Of a stretch of DNA of 64,000 bases, positions 11,422 to 25,362 are shown piece after piece (within the stretch, counting starts at the first letter, position 1; every line of letters starts with the position of its first letter). Under the pieces are notes generated by a model that was given only the letters and a program-made list of their open reading frames with translations, was not told the DNA's origin and did not search any database. The position numbers were made by a program, and so were the translations under genes. Source of the stretch: Basidiobolus meristosporus CBS 931.73 (Eukaryota; Fungi; Basidiobolomycota). The stretch covers positions 25,609 through 89,608 of the forward strand of contig MCFE01000347.1 in the NCBI GenBank assembly GCA_002104905.1, given 5' to 3'.

Positions 11422-14400
11422 ATTCTTGACACCTGATCTGAAATTCTCAAGCTTGCTGCTATTTACAGTACTTCTACAGGTGAAAAATCCGTTGAAGAAA
11501 GTCAGGGGAAGTGTAATGAGAGCTGAAGTGCAGACTCCAACCTTTGGTGTTCTGTGCTAATCGAATTTGTATCTTTGCAGACAAGATTGGATATTTTCAT
11601 GTTTTCTCTACGTTTGTGCAAAACTATGTGGCAATCTAGCCCAGCTCAGCATCAATACCAGTGCTTCTTCACATACACCCTTGGGCTTCTTACCTTGGAC
11701 AATAGCTAACCAAAGGCTGACTATCCTTATCTTCAAATTAACTGATCAGAAAAGATTCTCTGTAAAGTCCGAAAGTAAATTGAGTTTTATGGCATTCGCA
11801 ACTGAACTGATCAAGGGCCTTTCAGATACAGGATGAACGCCACAGATGCTCGCCGGAAAAGACTACCCTTTTCATATCAAATATACGGTGATATATACTT
11901 TGGAATAGTTGATAGTTTATTCAGTCTGAGCTCCATACATACTTTTTAATATGGTAGTGTACCTTATTTAGTGAGATGAGTGACTGGGAGCAAGCTCGCG
12001 ATCAGAAAAACTTTCCTATATCGCTCAAATCATTCATACCATCACCGGCAATTACTAAAAATAGGCTATCTTCACTCACAACCATCGAGGCGATACATAC
12101 CTCCAATGTTTCATACTCTCAGAATTTAGCCAGGAAAGTTTAGCGGCCCTATAAGAGGTGAAATAAAACTATCGTAAAGCATCTAAGTTGGAGTCAGGTA
12201 TAGTTGTTACTAGTAATCTGGTAGTACTTGGATTTATATAGCCACTCTATATGCTTTATAGAGTACGCTATATGCTCATGAAATGACGTGTCGAACATTT
12301 GAATCGGATGAGTTCTCTACAGCAACTGATCAGTCCAGGATAGGTGATCAGGCTCACTTGTGAAGAGTTCATCACTATCCACAGCCAAACAGGCCACACA
12401 AGCCAAGCGAAGCCATTTCAGCATGGAGGGGCTTGCGTGTATAATCAGCGCATTTATCCAGGCTGTTAAGAAAGCATCACTGAGTCTGCCATGCCGAACT
12501 CCATCTAAGCCCCATTACTCTATACTAGATAAGACAACTGATCCCTGGCATTTCCATCAGCGCCTGGTGTGTGCTGCGCAGATGTGATTGTTGGCTTGCC
12601 ATCGCGTCTTAGTGGTAGTTTGTCTTTATTTAGATGATTGAACATATCACTGTGTTTCAACTGCCACTAACATAAGGGCTCATTTTAGTCACGCTCTACG
12701 TGTATTCACTTTAATTACGCGAACCTGAATGCCAATTGATTGTGAATGGTTGTCATTTATGAAACTTTACGTGACATCACACCCTCGGTTATCTTCCACT
12801 GAAACTTGTTGTTCGCTGTGATACAAAATAATTGGGAGTGGGTCGAAGGTTTGAGTGATGAGTTTGGCGAGATTCTGCTCGCATCGAAGTTTGTATTCGA
12901 CAGCAGCATCAGGCCTTTGCGTTCATGCATGATGATCCTATTGTAGATCCTGGATTGGACTGGAGAGCCTTTCGGGTATGTACCTAGACAACTACTGATG
13001 GATGCTGGATTGTCAGTTCTCAAAGGTGTGCGTGGGCCTCGATCCTGAAAAAACCGGTGGCCTTCCTTTCGAGACGACAGCTCAGCCACATTTGTTTACG
13101 AATGCATTGTAGCACTGGTATGTTTGTTAACTACTCCTGGGCGTTTTTACAGCGCAGCTTACTTAACACAGCGTTTCCTATACGTGCTTATTAGGAAACT
13201 ACTGCCAACATCTTGGCTGATCTGCAACGGTTGTGATCCGTCGGATCGCATGATGACCACCACAATCTTAAGTGCTGATGTCTTTTAGATTCAAAACTTG
13301 GAGAGTGTGCCTATTGAGCTATCAAGTAGAAGCTTCCCACCTTAGGGCATTTCGTCTTACATTGCGATGAATTCTCATCCTTCTATGCCTGGGCTTCAAA
13401 GTGTATCGACGTGGGCGTCCAGTCCATTTACTTTTCTAATACAATCGTATTATGCACTAATGTATTGTGAGTATGCGTTCCCTACTGCATTGCTCGATGG
13501 CGGCTAGTTAGATTCGTGAGTTCTGGGGCGACACATCTCTAATTGTTAGTTACCAGTGAATTTGGTATTCAACAACCATGCGAAAACTGAGAGTTGTAAT
13601 CAAAACCCATAATACTGATCATTAGCTCTAGGTGCGTGGCCTCGATGCGAGAAGGCGTTTACGACATATTTTTATGCCACACGGAGTTTTAAACTTTACC
13701 AAAATGCCGTGATGTAGCCGATCAAAAGCTATACACTGCTGTGTACAACTAATCGCCCAATGTAAAAGCTCTCGTTAGGCTAATTTTCAAAGTATTCTGC
13801 TGCTTTTCAAATTAATTCTTACGGAACACATTCTGACATTATTTGCAAGGCCTACCGCAATATCTATTTTCCGGGTTTCACAGATATATCAAGAATCATA
13901 GAACATGCAGGATTTGCATTTTTACTGGCACTCAGTTTGGCCAGGTCTTAATAGAGTATGGTTCCCAAAATCGGATCATATATTGTTGTGACTACTCTGT
14001 GATGTTGTGTTGCAGTTGCAGATACTTGATTCTGTTAGCAATATATCTGAACTTAAATAGTCAGCAAGCGAGTGTCATATGGATCTTCAGGTATTATGGT
14101 AATAGTGAGGGAAGGACTAAAAAGGATCACAGGAATCTATGTGCTCAGCTTAGGGGTATTGGATTAGTATCAGAGCTCCAGTGACTATCTGGACGGCACT
14201 TATACCTCAGTTCAACTGACATCACATAAGCTAAATATATAATACAATGTTAATAGTGACAAATATGTATCTAATTGAGAGAATGCTCTTGGTTGGTGAG
14301 TAATCTAGATGTTGGCTTAAGTGATCCCAGTAATATTTCAGAACTAAACTTTGCTTTGGTTTACTAAGCATCAAATCCTATGAAGAATCTGATACTTGGG

Positions 14401-16544
14401 ACTCATCTAACAATTGGTAAGTATTTTGTTGGTATTCAAATTGTATTTGCTAGTATTTGGATATTCCTTTTCCTTTGAAATTTTAGCTGTGAATGTTTGT
14501 CAAAGTAGGGTATAACTGAGTATCATATTTGGCATGAATGCTAGCTAGACTAGTCTCACTCATGAAAACATGTCTGCTCATCTATTAGATACCTTGCACC
14601 TGAGATTTAGAGGGCTCTAGGCTTAGAGAAGCTTGGAATTAAACATATATCATGGTGGTATTCTGCTGACCTTTGACTAATATTTTTCTTAGAAAAATGC
14701 ACTTTGAAACAGTGTACTCTCTAATGGGAGTACTCAAGTATACTACTACTGTAGCCATCTATTCTTCAAGACTGCCAGCAGGTGAGCATTCATATATTGT
14801 TTGGAGGAAATTGCCAAGCTGTGCTGCAGAATTATATATATATATATTTGCAAGGTAACTCTAAGTTTATAGATGGGCATTTTCACCTAAATCAACTAAA
14901 GTAAACCATGATTACTTTTTGAGCATGCCAAATTAAATGTGCTAATATATTGAAGAGTTTGAACTAGCATAGTTAGAAGCAACTTGCAGCTTTACAAATG
15001 TCTGCACTAATTACCTTTAAGGCTCAAAGCTTAATGTCATACTAGCATCCATATCATGATGTCATGATTGACAAAATACTCAGCAGGAATGGACACCATT
15101 ATTCTGACACAACAATAGAATTAGCTGGCTCTAATATATACTTGATTGTAGCACCCTAGTGTGCTGCATATAGTGGTATAGTCTGATAAATCAGTGACAT
15201 GCAGGTCATCTTTGATCTCAACTAAGCATCACTGTTTTCAGAGCTGATTTTCCAGGTCTTGGTTGCTAGGTGCAGCTTTGTTTAGTTACTCCTGGACAGG
15301 TATTATTTATGCTATCACAATCCTGAACACCCATGAGATTTGGCAAACTTGGCTTGAAGTGACTCAGAAAAATTACATTACAAAGTTTAACAAGTAGTAT
15401 TAGCTTGTGTATCCCACATATTTATGAGAATCCTTGTTTTCATGGACACTTGATTTTCTTAATTTCCCATCCTGGAGCCTTAAGGTATTCTAACAGTCTC
15501 ATTGCTGCCTACACTATAGGAGCAGACCCAGCTGGCTAGTTCATACAGTTACTTTATGTGGAACACCACTTGATGGTATCTTGATGGCCTTGATGTGGAT
15601 ATTGGTTGGCATTGTCAATATGAAAAATAATTTGGTCCTGCAGGTGGATCCAATCCAGATCAGCCATAAATATCCTGTTTAGAGACCATCATAATAACAG
15701 CAGCTTGGAATTAGTGACCCTCCTAACAATCTAATAACAAAATCATGACAGTGCTTTGCTAATTTTACAGCCAAATAAAGGGATAAACTTGACAATATTT
15801 TATTGGTGCTGTATTGATATTAGCATGGTATTGTTGCAATCTTTCAGCACTCTATAACTATTTTAAGTAAATCCAGTTAGCTAGGACATCCAATTGCCTT
15901 ATATGGCAAGAAACTTGACAGTATTTTGATGGCCTCACAGCAAGACTCTGATGGCATTATATTAGCAGTATGATGGCCCACTGCTGGTTCTGTATAATGC
16001 TACCATACCAATTTACCAAATGGTATTTCCTTTTTCTACCTCACCTTGTGCAGTCCATATATTCCACTGTAGAATCACCTTCCTTTATTTGCTTACCCAC
16101 TACTACCTTGGGTATTCCACATATAGTTTGAGTCAAAAAAACTATGGCCTCCTGCTTACTAACCTCTACAAAAGCACACACCTGCCACAATTGACACACT
16201 TCTATCACCACACCTCCCTATGAAAATCATGAGATGATCCCATCAAAAGGCCGTCACAGAGTTAACGTCCTGTGACTGAGAGATACTGATCTTGTCAGGA
16301 CTCTGTCCAGAGACCATTGAAAAATAATTGCACCCCAGATTTCACAAAGAACTTGGTCAAAAGTTTTCATCACAACAATGTATAAGTGGCTTTTGATTGG
16401 TTCCCTGCTAATTTGCTCACTTTCTGATCCCGGAAACTCTATTGCCTCCTACGTTAGTGTGAATTGGTTGGCTATTGCCTCTTTTTCACACTCCTTACTT
16501 CCTGACTCAACCATTTCTCTTACTTTTCATGCGTACAAATTGAT

Positions 16545-19420
16545 TTATTTCCGTTGAAACTTCAGTTGTACCTCAATTGCCAATTGTATTGACCTATACA
16601 AGTCTCTATACCCTACACTAATATTAAGCCCAACCCCACACCCAATAAGTAACTCCATTAAGATCCACCACTCAGTAAGTACTTCTGCTGTAACGCTCTG
16701 GCTCCACAACTTTGGTGGGAACCTAATGGCTTTATGCCACGGTTCATTCACTGGTTCCCACATGTCCTGGTCTTCAGCTGGCACTGTAAGGTCAAGCTCC
16801 TCATCTACCAGTCTTTGCAATAAATCCTTGCAATATTCCAGTGCATTTTCTTGAGCACTGCTCTTGAAGAAGTGCTGCAACCTCTTGGTGTGTCTATTAA
16901 TGTTCCAACACTCCACTGAAGGCATTGTGATAGTCTTTCAAGCTCTTTACATTGTAGCCTTGTCTGTCAGTGGGATCTCCACTCTGTCAACAATGGAGGC
17001 TGTGGAGGCTGTGGTAGACAAATTGCCTTTTTCAGCAAACTCATCTACCTTGCTGGACTGTAGCTCAACTGGCTGTGCTTCCAACTCTTGTGAAAACAGC
17101 TGTTTTCTTGTTGGTAATTCTTCTTGGCTATGATGGGATTCAGTCTGTTCCTGGCTTGCGGCATTAATTGGCAAGAACTGCAGTTTTCTTTGCATGCCTC
17201 CCTGTCTCAGGCTTGGGTAGACATCTTTCCCATTACCTTTTCCTTTATCACTGCCAGGTCTTTCACTGCTACTTTGTCTGAGTACTTCTTGAAAAGACCT
17301 ACGTTTTCTCCTGGATAAATTCTGCTCTGACGCATCTGTTTTGGCCTGCTTGTCCCTTGCTGGCACTCTTCTGGCAACCTGATGTTTCTTTTCAGCTTGT
17401 TTTGAGCTCTCAACCGTAGTTGTGACGGGCTCCTGTAAAAGCGGCTGGTTTTTATCACTGCCAGGTCCTTCACTGCTACTTTGTCTGGGTGCTTCTTGAG
17501 TGGTACTATGCCTTTTCCTTGATAAATTTGTGCTGGTGCATCCATGTCTGCCTGATTGTCCTTAATTGGCACTCTTCCAGCTGCCTGACATCTCTTTGAT
17601 GCTTGTCTGGAGCTTTTGGCCCTGATTGTAACGGGCTCTTGAGGAAGCCGCTGGTTTTTAGCCATGGCACCCTTGTTCTTCTGACTTTGATAGTTTCTGC
17701 TACTCATAAGATACTTTCTTAGCATACCAATGCTGGCCCAGAATCCGTTTGCCCATTTAAATCCAGGATAATGCTCATGGAACAAGTCAAGTGCATTCTG
17801 CTTGGCCTTGAGTTCCTGATGGTCCCATGGTATGCTGGCCTTAAGGTGATGGTGTGCTAGACTTCTGATGGCCTCTTGAATATTAGCCCACTCTTCATTA
17901 TTGCACTCAACGGTGTGGTAGGGTAAACATACCTCCCGCAGACAAGTTTACTCATATAGTCATTATGATATACTTATCCATATTTTATCTTATCAGTATT
18001 ATCCCATTCTTCTTTTGCCCATATTATCAGTATTATCCCCATATGATGTTTGCCCTGATTAGTTATTAGCATTAGTTATCCCAGATGTTATTCAGCTTTG
18101 TGATCAGTATATGTATCTACATAAGGCAAGTACCCGCGTCAGTACCCAAGACACATGACCTAAGTCTGTGTTACCATCCCTATCATTTCAATACCATCTA
18201 TGGTATTTCTATGTTGCACAGGTTTCAGACTACTGATTCCTGATTGGTAGAATGTGCTGTGCCTTTTAGAACCTTCCAGGACATTCTTGGCATATTTTAG
18301 CTCATACTGATGTCATCAAGAATTCCATTGATACCTAGAATCTTCTAGAACCTTGTCATTAGTAATCACTTGGCTATCAGGAAAAGTATTTAAGGGAAAG
18401 CAATCCCTCATCAATAAATCATCCCTTCTATCAGTAACACTTCTCCCTTATTGATTAGTAGTTGATCACTGCACCTGCCTTCAACAGTACATCTCAGACC
18501 TGCCATCAAGGAGCTTTTCAGGGTAGTGCACAAGACACACAGAGATCTTTGGAGACACTTGGAGCACCTTGGAAGCTAGAGAAGCAGGAGCTTTTACCAT
18601 AGTGACATATTGACCAAGACACCAGCAGTTTAGACACAGAGGTTATTGCACCCATCAGACACCTCACACACCTTGAGTTGTGTAGCTTCTCCCAGGAGTA
18701 CCTCTACACCATCACAATGGCTTCACAGATCTTCAATGTCTTTTGATTCTTAGGCTTTGGTATAAACACCACATTGTCTCCCTCCCATGCTGTGATAGGC
18801 TTTTCTGTGGGCTTTATCTTTGGGCACTGTTGTTGTGCTTCAAAGACTGTACAGTGTTCCTCTGCTTTTACATTGGGAAATGTCTCAATTCTTGGCTGTG
18901 ACATTGAGCTACTTGAGTTCCTTCTTTGCAGCAAAGATACTGCTTTCTCTACCTGGGATATTGATTGCTCTACACGTATTATCCACTCATCCTGTTTCTA
19001 GATTACTTCCTGATTTCTCTGGGCCATTGCATCTATCCTATCTGCCACTGCACCTAATTGCTTCATTAATGATTTTGTATGAGCTGACAACATACTTGCT
19101 AATATGGGTGGTGGTGATGTTATCATGGCCACTTGCTGATCTTCAACAGAGGGTACTGTGTTTGCTACATTCTCATCTGCCTGAGGATAATGGTCAGCTT
19201 ATGGCTCCACAGAGGTTCTCAATTGCCTACTTGACTGAGAGCCTGAGGAGTCTGCATTATTACCTTCAATGGGCACACTGACCACAGGGCCTTTTTTGAA
19301 TGTAGCCCTGCTTGTTGCACTGAATGTCAAAGTAAGCTGTTGTCCAACCGTTCTTCTGTTGCTGTCAGTGGTGGGGCTTGGTTGAGAACCAGACGGCTTT
19401 GCTTTGTTTTTTGGCGGCAT
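16545..19420 (-). pseudogene. ORF-X of CMC copy A (unknown accessory protein), interrupted by stops and a solo LTR
   Basis: MPPKNKAKPSGSQ start, then fragments 18704..18934, 17207..17785, 16947..17366 and 16545..16925 that are collinear with copies B and C. Confidence 0.7.
17914..18716 (+). mobile_element. Solo LTR, family A (803 bp)
   Basis: TGTGGTAGGG...CATCACA with a 4-bp TSD ACGG/ATGG. Homologous to the LTRs at 23645-27070. Confidence 0.9.
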
Positions 19421-19642
19421 ATATATGGAAGTGAGTCAAACCAAAGGGGATATAGTGTTACATATACGTGTGTATGTGGTGCCACAACTTTATTTATAAT
19501 GCTTACAATGGCGGGTCTTCATTGAATCTTACATTCATGTAGGTGCAATGTCTCAAATACAAGACTGTCTTAAGCTCACATGAGTATTGACCAAAAAGTG
19601 ATATAATAGCATGATGTTGTTGAAGGTGAAACTGTTTTACCC

Positions 19643-21500
19643 ATGGACAAGACTACTTTGACTCAACGCCATAAGAGAAGAGAAAAAAGACCATGTGGCT
19701 ATTGTGGCAAGCCTCTCAGCCATGAAGCACGCAGACAGCATAGGAAGTATTACAAGGATCATGGCCAGTGTTTTGCCACCCAAGTCATATTTGACCATTC
19801 ATTGGTCACTACTGTACCAGCATTATCTTGCCGGCCAGTTGCTACTTCTATATTGGCACCTGGCCGTCTTTATCACCTTGCACAAACCGAGTCAGGTGAG
19901 TTTGTGATGCCTTTAGGCTCACCTCAGCCTTCTGAATATGGCATGCAGAGTGATAGCTCTGAAGAAGAAGGTTCACTGATGGATCTTGACCCTATCTCCC
20001 CTAACAACAGTACCATGTATGAGCCCGGTCAAGTTCCTATATGCAATGAGACAACACCTGTTGAGACAAGTGCCAAGGATACTTTATGGAGCCAAGTGAG
20101 TCCAGTAATCCATCTACTGGTGAATGATGTGATGTTGTGGCTAGAGAAGTGGTGCGTTTCCACTAATATCAGTAATGGGGGCTTTGCGGATTTATTACTA
20201 CTTCTTGCCAAAATCATACCAGGATGCAACTTACCATGTACATGGTACAAGTGGACAACCGTCATGTGGCTGGCAACATATGATCCAAAGACTGTACTAA
20301 TTCCAGCATGTGTTAACAGTTGCATGGCATTCACATCCAAAAATGCTACTATTGCAACGTGTCCAAATTGTCATGAATCCACCACCATTGAGGGAAGACA
20401 TTGTTCACACTCCGGATATTTTCCGGTCATACCCCGTCTGAGGAAGCTGATGCAGTCCAACAAATATTGCAAAGCATTTCAAGCTAAATGAGCCCTTCAA
20501 GATACCGGAGAAATTTGAAAAAATTGGCACAATATTACAGAGTATCCTCTACCCTAAGTACTTCTCATGGGCTCCAATTAATATTCATATGCATATGCAA
20601 CAATACAAATGCAAAGACTGGATGAACTGGATATGTGTTTATTCAAGTGGTGTTCTGAAGCCATTCCTACCAAGAGTTCATTGGAAGCATTGGGAGTCAT
20701 ATGTGGACATTGTAGGAATATTTATCCAGTAGCAGATCACCAATGCCAACTTGATGCATCTACAGCTGTTGTGTGAGGAGTTTGTGACAGGATTTGATCA
20801 GCTATACTACAAACATAAAGCTGAATGCATAGATCTCTGCCGCTACTGTATCCATTCTCCACTCCATCTTGCATGGTGTGCGGAGAATATTAGGCCTTTC
20901 TTCACCTTTTGGGAGTTTCCTATGGAGCAGATGTGTGGGGAGATAGGAAGATGAGTCAAGTTGCAGGTACTACCATATCCCAATCTCATCAAGAATATTA
21001 CCTTCAAGTCTGTCATGGATGTGATGAGTTGGCACATGGAGGACAGCCAGAAAGAGTTGAAAAATACTGAGGACAAATGTGCACATAGAGACACCTATGC
21101 CTATGGCATTAAGAAGCTAAGCAGCCCCAATGCATGGGTATTCAGTTAAGTAATGCAAAGTTAGGTTGGGTGCAACAAGCAACTAATTTTTATAAGGAAA
21201 ACTCCACCAAGATATGCTGGATTTCTTGTGGTTGCAAGCCCACTTCTGCACCATTTAATACAGAATTCACACAAACAAAAGCCAGAGCGCACCTATAACG
21301 GGGACTAGAATCCAGCAGGGAGAAGGAATATATTGGCTAAATACCAAGAAGTTCTTTGCCAATATTTGGGAGGTATTCATGGCAGAAGTGGCAACAACCA
21401 AGAATATGTTTGCAAGATGTATATGCTACCAGCAGTAAAAGGTATATAGCAACTTTGCAAGTATCACACTAAAAAGCCGTAAAGTTGAGGTGATAGAAGT
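19643..21500 (+). pseudogene. tnp2/DUF4218 transposase of CMC copy A, internally deleted
   Basis: CVNSCMAF...CPNC...YFPVIPRL, then a junction at ~20478 that removes ~0.73 kb (the DG...GD catalytic core, present in copy B at 27331-28058), then HLAWC...FWEFPMEQMCG. Several stop codons. Confidence 0.85.
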
Positions 21501-21769
21501 ATGTCAATACAGCAGGTGTGCACATTTGTAGAGGTTAGTAAGCAGGAGGCCATAGTTTTCTTTGGATTTGAACTATATGTGGAATACCCAAGGTAGTGGT
21601 GGGTAAGTAAATAAAAAAGATGATTCTACAGTGGAATATATGAATTGCACAAGGGGAGGTAGAAAAAAGAAATACCATTTGGTAAATTGGTATGGTTGCA
21701 TTATACAGAACCGGCAGCAGGCCGTCATACTGCCAAGAAAAAGCCATCAGAGTCTTGCTGTGAGGCCAT

Positions 21770-22573
21770 TGTGGTGGTGTAGAGGTACTCCTGGGAGAAG
21801 CTACACAACTCAAGGTGTGTGAAGTGTCTGATGGGTGCAATAACCTCTGTGTCTAAACTGCTGGTGTCTTTGTCAATATGTCACTATGGTAAAAGCTCCT
21901 GCTTCTCTAGCTTCCAAGGTGCTCCAAGTGTCTCCAAAGATCTCTGTGTGTCTTGTGCACTACCCTGAAAAGCTCCTTGATGGCAGGTCTGAGATGTACT
22001 GTTGAAGGCAGGTGCAGTGATCAACTACTAATCAATAAGGGAGAAGTGTTACTGATAGAAGGGATGATTTATTGATGAGGGATTGCTTTCCCTTAAATAC
22101 TTTTCCTGATTGCCAAGTGATTACTAATGACAGGGTTCTAGAAGATTCTAGGCATCAGTGGAATTCTTGATGACATCACTATGAGCTAAAAATATGGCAA
22201 GAATGTCCTGGAAGGTTCTAAAGGGCACAGCACATCCAACCAATCAGGAATCAGTAGTCTGAAACCTGTGCAACATAGAAATACCATATATGGTATTGAA
22301 ATGGTAGGGATGGTAACACAGACCTAAGTCATGTGTCACGGGTACCAACGCGGGTACTTGCCTTATGTAGGTACAAATAACAATCACAAAGCTGAATAAT
22401 ATCTGGGATAACTAATGCTAATCACTAATCAGGGTAAACATCATATGAGGATAATATTGATAATATGGGCAAAAGAAGAATGGGATAATACTGATAAGAT
22501 AAAATATGGATAAGTATATCATAATGACTATATGAATAAACTTGTCTGTGGGAGGTATGTTTACCCTACCACA
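21770..22573 (-). mobile_element. Solo LTR, family A (804 bp)
   Basis: TG...CA ends with a TSD CCAT/CCGT. The flanks rejoin to the CMC subterminal sequence GTGAGGCCATCAAAAT. Confidence 0.9.
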
Positions 22574-24525
22574 CCGTCAAAATGCGGTCAAGTTGCTTGC
22601 CATATAAGGCAATGGAATTCCTGGCCAACTGGACCCCCTTAAAATAGTAATAGAGCGCTGAAAGACTGCAACAATAACATGCCAATATTGTCACAGCACC
22701 AATCAAAAATTGTCAAGTTTTATCCCTTTATTTGGCTGTAAAATTTGCAAAACACCGTCAAGATCTTGCTATAAGGTTGTCAGGAGGGTCACTAATTCCA
22801 AGCTGCTGTTATTATGACGGTCTCTGAACAGGATCTTGACAGATGATCCGGATTGAATCCACCTGCAGGACCAAATTATTTTTCATAGGAACCTTATGGC
22901 TTTTTAGTGTGATACTTGCAAAGTTACCATGTGCCTTGTACTGCTGGTAACATATACATCTTGCAAACATATGCTTGGTTGTTGCCACTTCTGCCATAAA
23001 TACCTCCTGAATATTGGCAAAGAACTTCTTGGTATTTAACCAATATATTCCTTCTCCCTGCTGGATTCTAGTCCCCCTTATTTGCATGCTCTGGCTTTTG
23101 CTTGAGTGAATTCCATATTGAATGGTGTAGAAGTTGGCTTGTGACCACAAGAAATCCGGCATATCTTGGTGGAATTTTCCTGATACAAATTAGTTGCTTG
23201 TTGCACCCAGCCCAACTTTGCATTACTTAACTGAATACCCATGCATTGGGGCTGCTTAGCTTCTTAATGCCATAGGCATAGGGGTCTCCATGTGCATATT
23301 TGTCCTCAGTATTTTCCAACTCTTTCTGGCTGTCCTCCATGTGCCAACTCATCACATCCATGATGGACTTGAAGGTAATATTCTTGATGAGATTGAGATA
23401 TGGCAGTACATGCTGCTTGACTTGTCTTCCTATCTCCCCACACATCCGCTCCATAGGAAACTCCCAAAAGGTGTAGCAAGGCCCAACATTCTCCACACAC
23501 CATGCAAGATGGAGTAGAGAATGGATACAGTAGTGGCAGAGATCTATGCATTCAGCTTTATGTTTGTAGTATAGCAGCCTAAATCCCATTACAAACTCCT
23601 CACACAACAGCTGTAGATGTGTCAAGTTGGGATTGGTGATCCGCTGTGGTGGTGTAGAAGTACTCCTGGGAGAAGCTACACAACTCAAGGTGTGTGAGGT
23701 GTCTGATGGGTGCAATAACCACTGTGTCTAAACTGCTGTTGTCTTGGTCAATATGTCACTATGGTAAAAGCTCCTGCTTCTCTAGCTTCCTAGGCGCTCC
23801 AAGTGTCTCCAAAGGCCTCTGTGTGTCTTGTGCACTACCCTGAAAAGCTCCTTGATGGCAGGTCTGAGATGTACTGTTGTAGGCAGGTGCAGTGATCAAC
23901 TACTAATCAATAAGGGAGAAGTGTTACTGATAGAAGGGATGATTTATTGATGAGGGATTGCTTTCCCTTAAATACTTTTCCTGATTGCCAAGTGATTACT
24001 AATGACAAGGTTCTAGAAGATTCTAGGTATCAGTGGAATTCTTGATGACATCACTGTGAGCTAAAAATATGCCAAGAATGTCCTGGAAGGTTCTAAAAGG
24101 CACAGCACTTTCAACTAATCAGGAATCAGTAGTCTGAAACCTTTGCAACATAGAAATACCATATATGGTATTGAAATGGAGGGATGGTAAAACAGACCTA
24201 GGTCATGTGTCACAGGTACTGACGTGGGTACTTGCCTTATATAGATACATCTACTGATCACAAAGCTGAATAACATCTGGGATAACTAATGCTAATCACT
24301 AATCAGGGTAAACATCATATGGGGATAATACTGATAATATGGGCAAAAGAAGAATGGGATCATACTGATAAGATAAAATATGGATAAGTATATCATAATG
24401 ACTATATAAGTAAACTTGTCTGCGGGAGGTATGTTTACCCTACCACATCCACCCCCCACTTGAGCTAAAAAGTTTCAGGGAACTTTTTAGCTAACCACTG
24501 TAAGTTTGGAGAACAAAGTGCTCTC

Positions 24526-25362
24526 TCAGTCTTCCTCAATGAAGCCACCTGTCCTTTCTTGGGATAGAAATCTACATGATGTCATTGATCGGATATTGTT
24601 TGAGTCCACACCACAGAAGGTTGCTGTTAGTCCTGGGCTCTCTGAGTATATAGTATACCATGCTGAACCATCTGGGTAGTTCACTGCAGTTGCTCTTGCT
24701 TTTACCTCCCATGATCTTCCAAGAAGTAATTCAAAGTTAGCCTTTGCACAAATGAATACTGGGATCTCATGGGGTATTCCCTCAATGATGAGAGGGAAGC
24801 TGTGAAGAATTCCCAAAAGCTTTGATTGCCCTGAGTTGGCATCCTTCATGCTCCAATTGATATTGGTGTCTATGGGCAATAGGTCTTTGCATGGTAGTTG
24901 TTTCCAAGCCTCCAAAGGCATCACACATATCTCAGATCCACTGTCTATATGACATAGGATTTCTTGATTATGCACAGTTCCTGTAGTTGTTGCAGTTGCC
25001 ACTGAGTAGTAGTGTTTGTGGCTTTGATGCAGCTTACTGGTATCTTGGCTTCCTTGAACTGTCCTGACCTGGTTACCTTGAGTTGCTTCAATTGGATGCT
25101 TTCTTATTCTGATGTGCTCATCCAGAGTCTTTCTTACAGATGGTGATACACTAAGTAGCTCTCCAACCTTGATTGATATGTTGCTTCCTAGTATATGACT
25201 TGTCAGAGCCTTTGGGGTACCATTTTGCTTGACTCTAGGCTGCATGTGGTAGTTGTTGGCCTTGGCAGACTTCTGTAAAATTAATGGGGGTGATGCTTTC
25301 TTCTCAATCACAACTTCTGGCTTGCATCTTGGTACTTTTGTTGCTGGGCCTGGATTAGCCAT
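24526..25362 (-). CDS. Gag C-terminus/aspartic protease ORF of the family A element
   Basis: CHIDSGSEICVM active-site motif and a downstream FELLLGRSW motif. The upstream gag (PFFDGTKV...W..LK..L..EY, ~26180-25400) contains stops. Confidence 0.8.
   Translation of the reverse strand: MANPGPATKVPRCKPEVVIEKKASPPLILQKSAKANNYHMQPRVKQNGTPKALTSHILGSNISIKVGELLSVSPSVRKTLDEHIRIRKHPIEATQGNQVRTVQGSQDTSKLHQSHKHYYSVATATTTGTVHNQEILCHIDSGSEICVMPLEAWKQLPCKDLLPIDTNINWSMKDANSGQSKLLGILHSFPLIIEGIPHEIPVFICAKANFELLLGRSWEVKARATAVNYPDGSAWYTIYSESPGLTATFCGVDSNNIRSMTSCRFLSQERTGGFIEED

Larger units (their letters stand above)
16216..22890 (+). mobile_element. CMC/EnSpm transposon copy A, inserted into copy B in opposite orientation
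   Basis: Starts CCCTATGAAAATC (16216) and ends TTTTTCATAGGA (22890), flanked by an (A)CCT duplication. The two flanks rejoin into the 3' region of the same element family. Confidence 0.8.

Noticed and set aside
11600-13850. Short ORFs upstream of the T-box gene, including MKISNLV... at 11600
   Set aside because: No homology signal. The 11600 frame stops after 32 codons and could not be spliced confidently to the T-box exons.
14832-14848. (TA)n microsatellite
   Set aside because: Short and ordinary.
14000-15400. AT-rich, CpG-poor stretch that may be an ancient TE
   Set aside because: No termini, TSD or translatable motif found, so it is left unclassified.
16864-19281. Hydrophobic antisense ORFs in the CMC copies (e.g. 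18820..19281, 34581..35051, 36430..36915, 44683..45135)
   Set aside because: These are reverse-frame shadows of ORF-X; their recurrence only reflects copy homology.
21810-21835. AGGTGTGT/AAGTGTCT sequences in LTR-A resembling T-box half sites
   Set aside because: They are imperfect matches to AGGTGTGA and expected by chance in TG-rich, CpG-decayed DNA. Proximity to the T-box gene is not evidence.
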